Shown: positions 45,819 to 56,858, numbered from the stretch's first letter. The stretch: DNA of 64,000 bases from an uncultured Verrucomicrobiae bacterium (GCA_963786375.1 CAWAYP010000010.1:256660-320659); one strand, 5' to 3'. Notes: a model not told the origin generated them from the sequence alone. Made by a program: numbers and translations.

Positions 45819-48453
45819 AGTTGTTTGTGTGGGGAAAAGCACTTTTGCTGTGCTGCTGATTTGCGCTGGGAGCGCGGTTTTCCTCGTACCCCAATTCGTG
45901 CAGGCCGCCGGTCCGGCGGCGGACCTGCGCCAGACGCTCAATTTCAACCGCGACTGGAAGTTCCTGCTGGGCGACCACCCCGGCGCGCAGGCGGTCGGCT
46001 ACGACGACGCCGGTTGGGAGGACATCGGGCTGCCGCACTCGTTCAGCCTTCCGTATTTCGCGTCGCCGGAATTTTACGTCGGCTACGGCTGGTATCGGAA
46101 ACATTTTGACGTGCCGCCGCAATGGTCCGGCAAACGGATGTTTCTCGAATTCGACGGCGTGTTTCAGGTTGCGGAGATTTTTGTGAACGGCCAGGCGCAT
46201 CGGCGAACACAAGGGCGGCTACACCGGATTTTCCTTCGACATCACCCGTGCGGTGCAAACCGGCAACAACGTGGTCGCCGTGCGGCGTCAACAACCATTG
46301 GGACCCGCAGCTCGCCCCGCGCGCGGGCGAACACGTTTTCAGCGGCGGGATTTATCGCGACGTGCGGCTGGTCGTCACCGACGCCGCTGCACGTCACCTG
46401 GTATGGCACGTTCGTCACCACGCCGGAGGTTTCGAAGGCGTCCGGCACGGTGAACGTGAAGACGGAAGTCCTGCAATGACGGCGCGGCGGTGAACAAATT
46501 GCGATGCTGAAAACGGATATCCTCGCTGCCAGACGGGCAAACCGTCGGCAAGCATGACTTCCACGCAGTCCATTCCCGCCGGCACGACCTTCACCTTCGA
46601 TCAAACGAGCCGGCCCGTTCCCCGTCCCAGGCTCTGGCATCCCGACCATCCGTTTCTTTACACCGCGGTGAACACGGGTGTTTGACGGCTCCCAATTCGG
46701 CGGACCATTACACCACCGCTTTCGGTTTCCGCTGGTTCAAATGGACGGCGGACCAGGGATTTTTCCTGAACGGCGAGCATTACTATTTCAAGGGCGCGAA
46801 CGCGCATCAGGACCATGCCGGCTGGGGCGACGCCGTGGCGGACAGCGGTTTCGACCGCGACGTGAAACTGGTGAAGGACGCGGGGTTCGATTTCATCCGC
46901 GGCTCGCATTACCCGCACGCGCCGGCGTTCGCGGCCGCGTGCGACCGGCTGGGCGTCTTGTTCTGGTCGGAAAATTGTTTCTGGGGCACGGCCGGTTTCA
47001 AGAATCCGTGGGGCAGCAGCGCCTATCCGCCGGAAGCCGAAAAATCAGCCGGGCTTTGAACAGAGCGTGCGAAGACAGCCTGCGCGACATGATCCGCATC
47101 AATCGCAACCATCCGAGCATCATCGTTTGGAGCATGGACAACGAGGTGTTTTTCACGGACCCGTCCACGCTGCCCAAGGTGCGGACGTTCCTGAGAGGCT
47201 TGGTGGCGTATTCGCATGAACTGGATCCGACGCGGCCGGCGGCCATCGGCGGTTGCCAGCGCGGCGACATTGACAAGCTGGGCGACATCGCCGGCTACAA
47301 CGGCGACGGCGCGCGGCTGTTCATCAATCCCGGCATTCGTAGCGTGGTCACCGAATACGGCTCGACGATGGCCGACCGGCCCGGCCCCTACGAACCCGGT
47401 TGGGGCGACCTGGTGACCGGGCCGGGCGACAAGTCGAAGCCCTTTTTCTGGCGCTATCCGTGGCGCAGCGGCGAGGCGCTCTGGTGCGCGTTCGACCACG
47501 GCAGCATCGCCGGCCGGCGTTTTGGCGCGATGGGCATGGTGGATTATTTCCGCCTGCCGAAGCGAATGTGGTATTGGTATCGCAACGAATACCGGCACAT
47601 CCCGCCGCCCGCCTGGCCGGTGGGCGGCGCACCCGCGGGGTTGCGGCTCACCGCCGACACCACCACGCTGAAATCTGTGGACGGCACGGAGGACGCCCAA
47701 CTCATCGTCACGGTCGTGGACGCGCACGGCACGGCCTTGAGCAATTCGCCGCCCGTGACGCTGGCGGTTGACTCCGGGCCGGGCGAATTTCCCACCGGCC
47801 CTTCGATCTCCTTCGCGCCGGATTCGGACATCGCCATCCGCGACGGCGCGGCGGCGATGGAATTCCGTTCCTATTATGGCGGCAAAACGGTGATCCGCGC
47901 CACGTCGCCCGGACTCAAGGATGCGACCATCACCCTCACGTCGCTGGGCGAACCGAAATACATTGCCGGTGTCACCCCGCCGGTGCCGGCGCGTCCTTAT
48001 GTGCGGTTCGAGGGACAGGCTGCGTCCGGCGGAACGGCGCCGCCGAATTCGATTTTTGGTCTTGAAAACCCGACGCGAGCGAGCAGCGAAGCGCCCGGCC
48101 ACAAAGCCAGCCTCGGCAACGACGGCAATCCCGCGACCTTCTGGCAGGCGGACGACAACGACACCAACGCCTGGTGGCAGGTGGATTTGGAGCGCATCGT
48201 GACGGCCAACGAAACCACGCTGGTATTTCCGACGGAAGGCAACTGGCGTTATCGGGTCGAAATCTCCGATGACGGCAGCAGCGATTGGAAGCTTGTCGCC
48301 GACCAGACCCGGACCGCCAGCACTGAGAAAGTCCGGATCGATAATGCGCCGCACGGCTCGCGCGGGCGTTTTCTGCGCGTGACATTTACCGGCCTGCCGG
48401 CGGGACAACCCGCCGCGCTGGCGGAAGCGGACGCATTGGGCACATTGAAATAA
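45805..48453 (+). pseudogene. GH2 glycosidase with Big and F5/8-type-C (discoidin) C-terminal domains, broken by about ten frameshifts between 46190 and 47060
   Basis: GH2 blocks are spread over all three frames:
- WYRKHFDVPPQWSGKRMFLEFDGVFQVAEIFVNGQ (frame 1)
- GGYTGFSFDITRAVQTGNNVVAV (frame 2)
- NNHWDPQLAPRAGEHVFSGGIYRDVRLVVTD (frame 0)
- PLHVTWYGTFVTTPEV (frame 1)
- LWHPDHPFLYTAVNTGV
- ADHYTTAFGFRWFKWTADQGFFLNGEHYYFKGANAHQDHAGWG
The final 1.4 kb then runs in one frame (IVWSMDNEVFF ... discoidin domain). Confidence 0.8.
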
Positions 48454-48536
48454 TTCCGCGTCCCGGATTTTTTCCGCCCAAGTGTCTGCGGAACTTATGT
48501 TCAAGCCGTGCCTGGTGTAAACCGGGGGCAATTTTT

Positions 48537-48800
48537 TTATTTGACAGGGATTTTCAACGCGCGACCGTTGTAAACCGCTTCGTCGTCGGGTGTTTTCATG
48601 ACCGGGCCACCAGCGCCGCGGATTGGTGAAACAAATACGATTCGAAATTTCCTTCGCTTCAACATTCCGGTGAAATTTCCATGGAGTTTGCCGATGGCGA
48701 GCATTTGGGGTTTCTTGTTCCATGAGATCGGAATGGTGGTAAAAACACCGCGCTCATAATCGTAATTATCGCACTCGTTTTCCTGGTGGTGGCTTATCCG
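48537..48800 (-). pseudogene. C-terminal remnant of a glycoside hydrolase (GH31-type distal beta-sandwich pattern)
   Basis: The minus-strand frame reads ...ENECDNYDYERGVFTTIPISWNKKPQMLAIGKLHGNFTGMLKRRKFRIVFVSP......VYNGRALKIPVK*. This matches the 'YEDDG.sy.YEkG....i.W......l.Ig...G.f.gm' tail pattern. No catalytic domain lies upstream. Confidence 0.35.
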
Positions 48801-49030
48801 TTCAGCGATTACCCGCCGCCCAATGTGTTGTCGGATCGTGACCAGGCTTGTTTTACTGCTTGAAAATCAAATACTAACAGTGTGCCACTTTCACAACTTT
48901 GCCATCAGCCTGCCGAAAACAGTCTGTATGGATTTATTTGTTCGAAGCCCGAACTTTATTCTTGACAGTACGCTTATAACGGATAAAGTTCGTCTTACAA
49001 AGCAACTACCTCCATTACAGATGGCATTTT

Positions 49031-50242
49031 GTGCGCAAAATTAACCTGAACAATTTTCAGTTGGCGAACAACGATACCGTCCGCGACATCAACAGTCGCA
49101 TCATGTTGAATCTGGTTCGGCGGCATCAGCCGGTTTCACGGGCGGATTTGATGCGTTATTCGGGTTTGCAACGCAGCACGGTGTCCGTGATTGCCGGGCG
49201 GCTGATCGCCGAACGGTGGTTAAGGGAAGGGGCCGTCGGCAATTTGCCGCGCGGCCGCAAACCGACATTCCTTCACCTCAATTCCGATCGGTGCGGGGTC
49301 ATCGGGGTTGATGTTCAGCCGGCCAGAACCGTGCTGGCAGTATCCAACCTGGACAGCCAGTTTTCCGCGCTGGAATCCATGCCCACTGCCAGGGACCCGG
49401 CCGAGTTTATCACCCGTGTAAGCCATCGAATCACGGATTTAATCCGGGCGCATCCCAAAAAGTCGTACGAAGGCGTCGGCATCAGTTTGCCGGGACGGAT
49501 TGAGGTTGGGTCAGAGCGGCTGATATTTGCGCCGACTTTGGGGTGGAGTGACCTGGATCTCAAGATGCCCATTGAGCGTGAAACCGGCCTGCCGGTGATG
49601 CTCGAAAATGCCGCCAACGCTTGTGCGCTGGCCGAATTGTGGTCGGGACAGCATATGGATGGCGTGAACAACCTCGTGGCGGTAACGGTTTCGGATGACA
49701 TCAGCGTGGGCATGATCATGAATGGCCAGTTGGTACGCGGTTCAACCGGTGTGGCGGGGGAATTTGGCCATGTCTCCCAAGTGGCGGACGGCCCGAAATG
49801 CCGCTGCGGTAACAGCGGGTGCTGGGAAGTCCTGGCCTCCAATGCCGCCGCCGTGCGGTATTATGCCGAATCCGCCTCGGTCCCAAAGGGCGCGATTGGT
49901 TCCAAAAGCGATATGGCCACGGTGCCCTTCGGCGACATTTTACGATTGGTGGAACAGGGCGATTCCAGAGCCATCAGGGCGTTGAATCAAATGGCGCATC
50001 ATTTGGGGGTGGGCATCGCGATGCTGGTCACCGGCCTTGCGCCGGATGTATTATTGGTGGTGGGGGAAGTGACCCGTGCCTGGGACAGGGTCGGGCCAAT
50101 TGTGGCCGAGGCGGTGAAACACCGTTCGTTTACCCGTGCGGTCACCCGGATCGTGCCCGCCGGTTCCGAGGCGCAATCCCGTTTGCGGGGCACGGTTGCC
50201 TTGGTGCTGCACAAACACTTTGGCGCGCCTTCGATCGCATGA
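49031..50242 (+). CDS. ROK-family transcriptional regulator (NagC/XylR-like)
   Basis: GTG start. The N-terminal winged HTH is INSRIMLNLVRRHQPVSRADLMRYSGLQRSTVSVIAGRLI. ROK motifs are GVAGEFGH and CRCGNSGCWE. Confidence 0.85.
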   Translation: MRKINLNNFQLANNDTVRDINSRIMLNLVRRHQPVSRADLMRYSGLQRSTVSVIAGRLIAERWLREGAVGNLPRGRKPTFLHLNSDRCGVIGVDVQPARTVLAVSNLDSQFSALESMPTARDPAEFITRVSHRITDLIRAHPKKSYEGVGISLPGRIEVGSERLIFAPTLGWSDLDLKMPIERETGLPVMLENAANACALAELWSGQHMDGVNNLVAVTVSDDISVGMIMNGQLVRGSTGVAGEFGHVSQVADGPKCRCGNSGCWEVLASNAAAVRYYAESASVPKGAIGSKSDMATVPFGDILRLVEQGDSRAIRALNQMAHHLGVGIAMLVTGLAPDVLLVVGEVTRAWDRVGPIVAEAVKHRSFTRAVTRIVPAGSEAQSRLRGTVALVLHKHFGAPSIA

Positions 50243-50340
50243 ACTCAAAATCACAAAAGTGGTTCTGGTTACCAATATTGTTCGTTGTCCGAACTAATCA
50301 AACTAAAAAGACAAGTTAATAACCAGACGATGTCAAAGCG

Positions 50341-51033
50341 ATGAAAAGAAATGGCATTGAGCAGTTGGAGACGAAAGGCCATGGCGAGTTCGGGGTTTGG
50401 GCCGGGTGTGATGAACGGTATGCCGGCAACGGTGGATTGGAAATTGCGCGAAAAATCGAGCAAAGCATTTCTTACATGTTACAACACCTGGATCAGCCGC
50501 TGGACGTGGCGACCTTGGCCGCAACCGCAAGCTTTTCCCCGTCGCACTATTCGGCGTTGTTCAAACGGTGGACGGGATGTCCTCCCATTGACTATTTTAT
50601 CCATTTGCGCATGCAGCATGCGTGTTGGCTGTTTGACAGCACCTCATTGAATGTGAGGGAGGTTGCGGCGGCGCTGGGATACGACGACCCCTTTTATTTC
50701 TCCCGGACGTTCAAATCGGTGAATCGAGTTGCCCCCAGTGAATATCGGATGTTGCCGGAAAAATTAAAAGACGACGTAAAGAAGGCGGCCCTGCCTTTTG
50801 CTTTTGCCGGCTCCAAGCCGGACGGAACAGGTCAGCGAGTATTTGGGCGGCCCATCCAGATTAACGGGTGTGCTGAACTCAGGCCGAAAGTTATAAGTTA
50901 TGCCGCTGCTTCCGGTTTTGGAGTCGCTGGAAAAACAACTGAAATAAATGCTGTGCCGACGGAGCATGAAACACAGCGCGCTTGCCATTTTACCAGGCAA
51001 AATCTGTGTCATAATGAAGAACGAAATGAATAA
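50341..51033 (+). CDS. AraC-type HTH regulator (HTH domain near the N-terminus)
   Basis: [45 protein letters not shown].....[32 protein letters not shown]. The C-terminal 90 residues are uninformative, so the true stop or extent is uncertain. Confidence 0.6.
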   Translation: MKRNGIEQLETKGHGEFGVWAGCDERYAGNGGLEIARKIEQSISYMLQHLDQPLDVATLAATASFSPSHYSALFKRWTGCPPIDYFIHLRMQHACWLFDSTSLNVREVAAALGYDDPFYFSRTFKSVNRVAPSEYRMLPEKLKDDVKKAALPFAFAGSKPDGTGQRVFGRPIQINGCAELRPKVISYAAASGFGVAGKTTEINAVPTEHETQRACHFTRQNLCHNEERNE

Positions 51034-51043
51034 AGAGGTTCCA

Positions 51044-51895
51044 ATGCGCCGGTGGCGGGAAAGGAGCAGCCGTTCCTCTTCAGTGAAAGCCTTCACGTTG
51101 ATAGAACTGCTGGTTGTGATTGCCATCATTGCCATTCTGGCGGCCATGTTGTTGCCAGCGTTGGCCAAGGCCAAATTCAAGGCCAAGGTTATTGAATGTA
51201 CTTCCAATTACCGGCAATGGTGCATCATGGCCAATGTCTATGCCGGAGACAATCATGGCTCCATGCCGTCTTTTCTCATCGGGCCGCCTTCCTCCGGTGG
51301 AAATCCAACCGATGTTGCCACCAATTTTCTTTCCGCTCTGGCTCCTTATGGGATGACCGTCCCCATGTTTTTTTGCCCGGTCAGAACAGCGGATTGGAGC
51401 AGCGCCTGTACCTGGTTTTATTGGAATGGCCATCCGAGTCATCGGAGTACCATTGCCAACGTTCCTGAGCTTAATCAATGGTTCACGGCCTATGGCGTGG
51501 GTATCGGTGGCGTCGCTGGCCGCTCGGCAAACGGAGGGTATGCGAAACTTCTTCACGATTGGTGGGTGCCGCGACAGAATAGAGGCAGTTTGGCCGATCA
51601 ATATTTTCCTCAGCCGGATCCCACCGGTGTTTTCTCCCCAGCGAATGAGCTTCCCTGGCCGGGCAAAACAAGCGACAAGACTGTAAGTCGGCAGCCTATT
51701 ATTAGTGATTTGGCGGAGAACAACACCGGGAGTACCAACCTTAACAGCATCCCAAACACCGACGCTCATTTTTACAATGGAGTTCTTAATTCAATCAATG
51801 TGGGTTATGCTGACGGCCATGTGGCGACTCATAATGCGCACCAAATTACATGGCAATTCAGCGGTAACGGTGGCAAGGATGCCTATTTTTATTAA
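51044..51895 (+). CDS. prepilin-type N-terminal cleavage/methylation domain protein (DUF1559-like pseudopilin)
   Basis: [30 protein letters not shown] is the class III signal / N-methylation motif. The C-terminal ...NVGYADGHV is typical of this PVC-abundant family. The start at 51044 follows AAGAGG (alternative start 51014). Confidence 0.8.
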   Translation: MRRWRERSSRSSSVKAFTLIELLVVIAIIAILAAMLLPALAKAKFKAKVIECTSNYRQWCIMANVYAGDNHGSMPSFLIGPPSSGGNPTDVATNFLSALAPYGMTVPMFFCPVRTADWSSACTWFYWNGHPSHRSTIANVPELNQWFTAYGVGIGGVAGRSANGGYAKLLHDWWVPRQNRGSLADQYFPQPDPTGVFSPANELPWPGKTSDKTVSRQPIISDLAENNTGSTNLNSIPNTDAHFYNGVLNSINVGYADGHVATHNAHQITWQFSGNGGKDAYFY

Positions 51896-52007
51896 AACCC
51901 GCCGCATTTACCATGAAATGCTCATTTCCATAGTTTCGTCCATTCCACAACAACTGATAATAGTGTAAACTCCCGTCAATTCACAGTAACCATAAACAAG
52001 AAATGCC

Positions 52008-53768
52008 ATGAAAAACTTCATAAAAAAATACGCAGTTGGAATGCTCGCCTTGCTGGCGTTGACTGCACTCTGTGTGTCAAGCCAGGCGCAGACAACGAAC
52101 TTTGTGGTGGACGATTTCAGTCCAGCCGGAGTCAGCCCGCTGAATCCTATTAATTACGACTATTACCCCTATGGCACGAACATCTATTCGGCTGGCCAAA
52201 TCACCAATGTGTGGATGAATTGGTATGGCAGCGCGCTTCAATCGGTAGTTTGGGATTCCGCGAACGACTCCAGCAATAATCCCGCTTCCGGCTCGATGAA
52301 AGTCAGCGCGACCTTCAGTCTGAACGATTACGGTCAATACATTCTTTTTGACAATTTTGGCACCTTTAATGTAAATGCGCAGCAATATACAAATTTGTCA
52401 TTTGACATCCGATTTGACAAAAGCTCCGCACTGAGGACAAATGGCGATGGTTCGCTGGACTTCGGTTTCATGCAAGTTGGCACTTATTCTCCGGCGGGTG
52501 GGGGCAGTCAGGATTATTTCTACGGGTTTCAAATCCCGGCGACCAATGCACTTGGGCCCAATACCAACTGGGTTCATATGAGCATTTCCTTGAATCCACT
52601 CACCGATACGAACCTGCTTGATATGCAGGATATTATCTTCCATACCATCAATACTTACTACGGAAACACCTATAGTGGAACGCAGACTTTTTGGGTGGAC
52701 AACATTCAATTTATCGGTACGGTTGCGGCTCCGACCAATCCGCCGCCGACGGTGAGCATGCAAAAGTCAACTCCGGCGCTGCGGATATTTGCCGGATCCG
52801 TCGTTGATACTTATGATCGTGAACAGCTTGCCTCGGTTGACCATAATCAATCCTGGGTGGGCGGCACCTACCCGGTGTCTTATTCATACACGCTGACGAG
52901 CTTTCCAACAATTCCCTCCGGTTCCTTGTTCCGGTTCCATATTTTCCTGGTGCCGGTGAATTCTGCTCCTCCCGGCCAGGGCTTTACCGGCAATCAATTC
53001 ATCGAATATAATGCGTCAAATGATCTATGGCTGAACGTCAGTGCCACCAACCCGACGAATGTCGTGGCCAATGTTCAGTGGAAGACCAATCTGACGGCCG
53101 CTAATCCGAACAACACGGCGCTCCAGATCACCAACCCGACCGCCGTCGGCACTTGGACGTTGACGTTCAGCAGCGCCACAAGCGGTTCACTGACTCCGCC
53201 GGGCGGCAGCCCGCAGGCTTTCAGCATCCCATCCCCGGCAGCGGCTCAATTCGCCAATCCGCTGGTTGCATTCTTCGGCGTGCAACCCGATTCCGGTTAT
53301 GGCGAAGGCCAATATGTGGATGTGACCAAGATTTCCACGACCGGCGTTGCATCACCGGGAGTTGCCATCAACGACAACTTCACGACGGATACCACCATAA
53401 AAACCGCGGTTTGGGATACTTCTGATTCCGCGCAGCCAGCCAGTCTGGTTCTGGCCACCACCAATACGCCGTATTGGGTGTATTGGACAATTCCCGACAC
53501 CGGTTTTGCAAATGGTTTGGGTGTGGCTACCAATTTGACCACGGCTCCGTGGATGTTGCCGGAATTTTACAATGACTATAATGATGGCAATTACATTCCG
53601 GGCACGGCGCAGCAGGGCTATATGAGATGGACGTTGGTTCCCTCAACTTGTTTGCCGACGATAAGCGGGAAACAGGGTAGCGGTTTGCCATCCGGGGGGT
53701 CCAATCCCTATTCACCACCTACACCAAACGCATTTTTCAAGCTCTTTAATCCGCCGCTAAGCTTTTAA
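52008..53768 (+). CDS. secreted protein with an N-terminal CBM-like module shared with the GH30 enzyme
   Basis: Signal peptide. Residues about 25-240 parallel the N-terminus of 54786-56858. Compare FVVDDFSP.G / YVVDQFDPSG, VWDSANDSSNNPASGSMKVSA / VWDSTSDASNNPASGSMKVTA, and TFWVDNIQFIG / TFWVDNIKFVG. Confidence 0.65.
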   Translation: MKNFIKKYAVGMLALLALTALCVSSQAQTTNFVVDDFSPAGVSPLNPINYDYYPYGTNIYSAGQITNVWMNWYGSALQSVVWDSANDSSNNPASGSMKVSATFSLNDYGQYILFDNFGTFNVNAQQYTNLSFDIRFDKSSALRTNGDGSLDFGFMQVGTYSPAGGGSQDYFYGFQIPATNALGPNTNWVHMSISLNPLTDTNLLDMQDIIFHTINTYYGNTYSGTQTFWVDNIQFIGTVAAPTNPPPTVSMQKSTPALRIFAGSVVDTYDREQLASVDHNQSWVGGTYPVSYSYTLTSFPTIPSGSLFRFHIFLVPVNSAPPGQGFTGNQFIEYNASNDLWLNVSATNPTNVVANVQWKTNLTAANPNNTALQITNPTAVGTWTLTFSSATSGSLTPPGGSPQAFSIPSPAAAQFANPLVAFFGVQPDSGYGEGQYVDVTKISTTGVASPGVAINDNFTTDTTIKTAVWDTSDSAQPASLVLATTNTPYWVYWTIPDTGFANGLGVATNLTTAPWMLPEFYNDYNDGNYIPGTAQQGYMRWTLVPSTCLPTISGKQGSGLPSGGSNPYSPPTPNAFFKLFNPPLSF

Positions 53769-53787
53769 TTAGTCAAATTGCAATCAT

Positions 53788-53823
53788 GGGGCGCCGGCAA
53801 TTTTGACCGGCGCCCTTTTTATT
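53788..53823 (+). terminator. rho-independent terminator
   Basis: GGGGCGCCGG - 9-nt loop - CCGGCGCCC followed by TTTTTATT, 20 nt after the stop of 52008-53768. Confidence 0.75.
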
Positions 53824-53938
53824 GGCATCCACAAAAAGGGCAAAGAATCGTAATATTGTCCATTCCACAAAGGCAAGGCGTCTGATAATATGTTCCAGTT
53901 AGCCAAAAAATTGCTTTAACAATATACGAAGAAGCCCT

Positions 53939-54658
53939 ATGAAAAACTCAACTAAAACTGTTCAAGTGCTGGCGGCTGTCTTGGTGGCCGGTGCTATCGG
54001 CACAGCCCAGGCGCAAACAACCATTTGGTCAGATAACTTTGAGAGCTATACGGCCGGTACCGACGAACTGGTCGGCTATAGCGATACTTCGCCGTTGGCC
54101 AACTATTCAGTGACTGTGGCCGCAGGCACGGGCGTGGGTGGCAGCCAGGGACTGACATGGCAGGCAGATTTTCTCGGTTCCTACTCCGGCTGGATGCAGG
54201 CCCAAATTGGGTATTCCGGCGGCAATCCAAGCGGGAACACGGATCCGAATCTGAATGACTACACGCTGTCGTTCGACATGGCAGTCAGTGGCCCTACTTC
54301 CTTGAACCATCTCCAATTGAACCTTCAGGGATGGTCCGGTATTTGGTACAGTGGTAACATGACGCAGACAGGAGCCCAAAGTATTGATACCAGTTCGGTG
54401 ACACCTGGATCCGGCTTCCAACTTATCACCGTGAATCTGGGCACTTTGTATGGCAACAGCACCGGCTTTGATCCCACCAGCCAGACGTATCAACTCCAGT
54501 GGCAGGTCAACGGCTGGGAACTGGGCAATGGCGGACCCGACAACGGGGTGGTGGTAACGATTGATAACACAGCCATCACAATGGTTCCAGAACCAGCAAC
54601 CCTTGCACTGGTCGGCCTTGGGATGACCGCGCTTTTGGTTCGCCGCCGGAATCGCTAA
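53939..54658 (+). CDS. PEP-CTERM-anchored secreted protein
   Basis: Signal peptide (AAVLVAGAIGTAQAQ) and a C-terminal VPEPATLALVGLGMTALLVRRRNR. Confidence 0.8.
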   Translation: MKNSTKTVQVLAAVLVAGAIGTAQAQTTIWSDNFESYTAGTDELVGYSDTSPLANYSVTVAAGTGVGGSQGLTWQADFLGSYSGWMQAQIGYSGGNPSGNTDPNLNDYTLSFDMAVSGPTSLNHLQLNLQGWSGIWYSGNMTQTGAQSIDTSSVTPGSGFQLITVNLGTLYGNSTGFDPTSQTYQLQWQVNGWELGNGGPDNGVVVTIDNTAITMVPEPATLALVGLGMTALLVRRRNR

Positions 54659-54688
54659 ATGACCAAGCGAACCGGAAAATGTCACGAA

Positions 54689-54721
54689 CGGCGCCGGACA
54701 GATACCGGCGCCGTTTTTGTT
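54689..54721 (+). terminator. rho-independent terminator
   Basis: CGGCGCCGG - ACAGATA - CCGGCGCCG followed by TTTTTGTT. Confidence 0.75.
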
Positions 54722-54785
54722 GAAAAATATCAAAATAAAAGCAGGTCCGGTTTGATTTTGACCGAATGTCGTGCGTCTTTATATT

Positions 54786-56858
54786 ATGATCCGTAACAAC
54801 TCTGCAAGAGCATCATCCCTTTCAAAAAGCATAGGTATTTTTTTGTTGGTCTGGCTAGTCAGCGTATCGGTCCGGGCACAAACCGTTTATGTGGTTGACC
54901 AGTTTGATCCGTCCGGCGTCGGTGGCAATAGTTACTCCGGGGGTCAAATTGGCAATGTTTGGGGGAACTGGTTCGGAACTGCGTTTCAATCGTTGGTCTG
55001 GGATTCCACCAGCGATGCCAGCAACAATCCTGCTTCCGGCTCAATGAAAGTCACCGCCAATTTCAATAATAACCAGGGGGCCGATCAATACGAAGTTTTT
55101 GACGGCTATAATGGCATCTCGCCGGCGCTTAATGGCCTGCAATACACCAATTTTCAATGTGATGTCCGTTTTGCGAAAGGCTCGGCTGCCAGCGGCGGCA
55201 ATTTCGGCTATTTGCAATTCGGCATCGCCGTTGGTGACAATCAGGACTATTTTGGCGGCATCAGTGTTCCCTCCAGCAACACCAACTGGGTGCATGTTAG
55301 CATCAACCTTAACGCCACGACCGACACAAACCTGCAGAATATCAATGACGTGCTGGTCCACATGTACAGCACTTCCTTGAGCGGGGTTTCGACCTTCTGG
55401 GTGGATAATATCAAGTTTGTCGGTGCGTCGCCCGTCACCACCAATTGTATTGTGGATTGGAGCGACGTTCATCAGCGGATTGACGGTTTCGGGGCTTCCT
55501 CGGCATGGGATGGCAACACTTGGAGCCCGGCGGAAGCCGATTTGTTTTTCTCAACCAATAGCGGTTGCGGCCTTTCGTTGCTTCGCAGCCGGATTGCACC
55601 CGACGGCACCACAGTTGAATCCGGCATCATGCAAATGGCCCAAGCTCGCGGGGCCACGGTGTGGAGCACGCCGTGGAGTCCGCCGGTAATTTACAAGGAC
55701 ACGAACTCGGTCAACGGCGGCGATTTCGTTTCCAGTCCCGCCAATTGCCAGGGTTACGCCGCCCAGTTGGCCGGTTATGTCACGAACATGGAAAACAGCG
55801 GCATCAACATCTATGCCATTTCAGTGCAAAATGAACCGGATGTTTACCAGACAAACTACGAATCTTGCGTGTGGACCTCGCAACAGATTCACGACTTTAT
55901 TCCCTATCTGTCTGCCGCATTGTCGAACGACAACGTGGCCTCGACCAGGATCATGCTGCCGGAGGACGAGTTTTGGCAGTGGAATCTGGCCACCAACACG
56001 ATGAATGATCCGGCCACTTCAAATCTTGTCGGCGTGCTGGCCGCGCATGACTACGGCGGTACGGTCGGGCCGGTTACCCAATTTGGCGACCCGTGCCCCA
56101 AGCCGGTGTGGGAAACCGAACATTATTTCGGCACGGACGACAGCATCACCAACGGCGTGGCGCTGGCGCAGGAAATATTTTCCTTCATGACCGTGGCTGG
56201 CGCGAATGCCTATCATTATTGGTGGCTGGAAGGCAGCGGCAACGGCTCGCTGGTCGGCAACAGTTGGACCACGCCCGCCAAAAGGATTTTTGCGATGGGC
56301 AACTACAGCCGGTTTGTGCGGCCGGGCTTTTACCGGATTGGTGTATCCAACAACGCCTTTACCTCGATCAGCGCCTACAAGGACGCCAATTCCGGCAGCT
56401 TCGCCATCGTTGCCATTAATGCCGGCTTCATGACCGTGACCCAAATTTTCAATCTGACAAATTTTCCCGCCGTCAGTTCAGTGACGCCGTGGATGACGTC
56501 CGGCGATCTTTCCCTGGCCAGTCAGCCGGCTGTCAATGTCACCAATGGGTCTTTTACTTGCGCTCTGCCGGCCATGAGCGTGGTGACATTTGTAGGACAG
56601 GGCAATGTGATGTCGTCCAACATCACAATTTCCAGTGCTTCTTACATTCCAAATGGGCCGGCCTTTACTCTCACTTGGAATGCGACGGCGGGGGCGACCT
56701 ACTCCGTGCTCAAAACCAATGCCCTAAATGGTTCTGCCAGCAACTGGCCGGCGATTATAACGGGCTATCCTGCAGGAGGGGCGGCGGGCGGCCCGCTTTC
56801 ATATACGGATACAACGGCCACCATCAGTCCGTCCTTCTACCGCGTCAGCAGTCCGTGA
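54786..56858 (+). CDS. GH30-family glycoside hydrolase (xylanase/glucosylceramidase clan) with an N-terminal CBM-like and a C-terminal FYR-ending module
   Basis: The core has QRIDGFGASSAWD, GLSLLRSRI, YAISVQNEPD (acid/base) and PVWETEH (nucleophile context). The C-terminal module ends SPSFYRVSSP. Confidence 0.8.
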   Translation: MIRNNSARASSLSKSIGIFLLVWLVSVSVRAQTVYVVDQFDPSGVGGNSYSGGQIGNVWGNWFGTAFQSLVWDSTSDASNNPASGSMKVTANFNNNQGADQYEVFDGYNGISPALNGLQYTNFQCDVRFAKGSAASGGNFGYLQFGIAVGDNQDYFGGISVPSSNTNWVHVSINLNATTDTNLQNINDVLVHMYSTSLSGVSTFWVDNIKFVGASPVTTNCIVDWSDVHQRIDGFGASSAWDGNTWSPAEADLFFSTNSGCGLSLLRSRIAPDGTTVESGIMQMAQARGATVWSTPWSPPVIYKDTNSVNGGDFVSSPANCQGYAAQLAGYVTNMENSGINIYAISVQNEPDVYQTNYESCVWTSQQIHDFIPYLSAALSNDNVASTRIMLPEDEFWQWNLATNTMNDPATSNLVGVLAAHDYGGTVGPVTQFGDPCPKPVWETEHYFGTDDSITNGVALAQEIFSFMTVAGANAYHYWWLEGSGNGSLVGNSWTTPAKRIFAMGNYSRFVRPGFYRIGVSNNAFTSISAYKDANSGSFAIVAINAGFMTVTQIFNLTNFPAVSSVTPWMTSGDLSLASQPAVNVTNGSFTCALPAMSVVTFVGQGNVMSSNITISSASYIPNGPAFTLTWNATAGATYSVLKTNALNGSASNWPAIITGYPAGGAAGGPLSYTDTTATISPSFYRVSSP

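Noticed and set aside
47023-48723. 566-aa minus-strand ORF.
   Set aside because: It is antisense to the GH2 gene and has a low-complexity Arg-rich translation. Only its extreme 5' region overlaps a real remnant, which is in a different frame (48537-48800).
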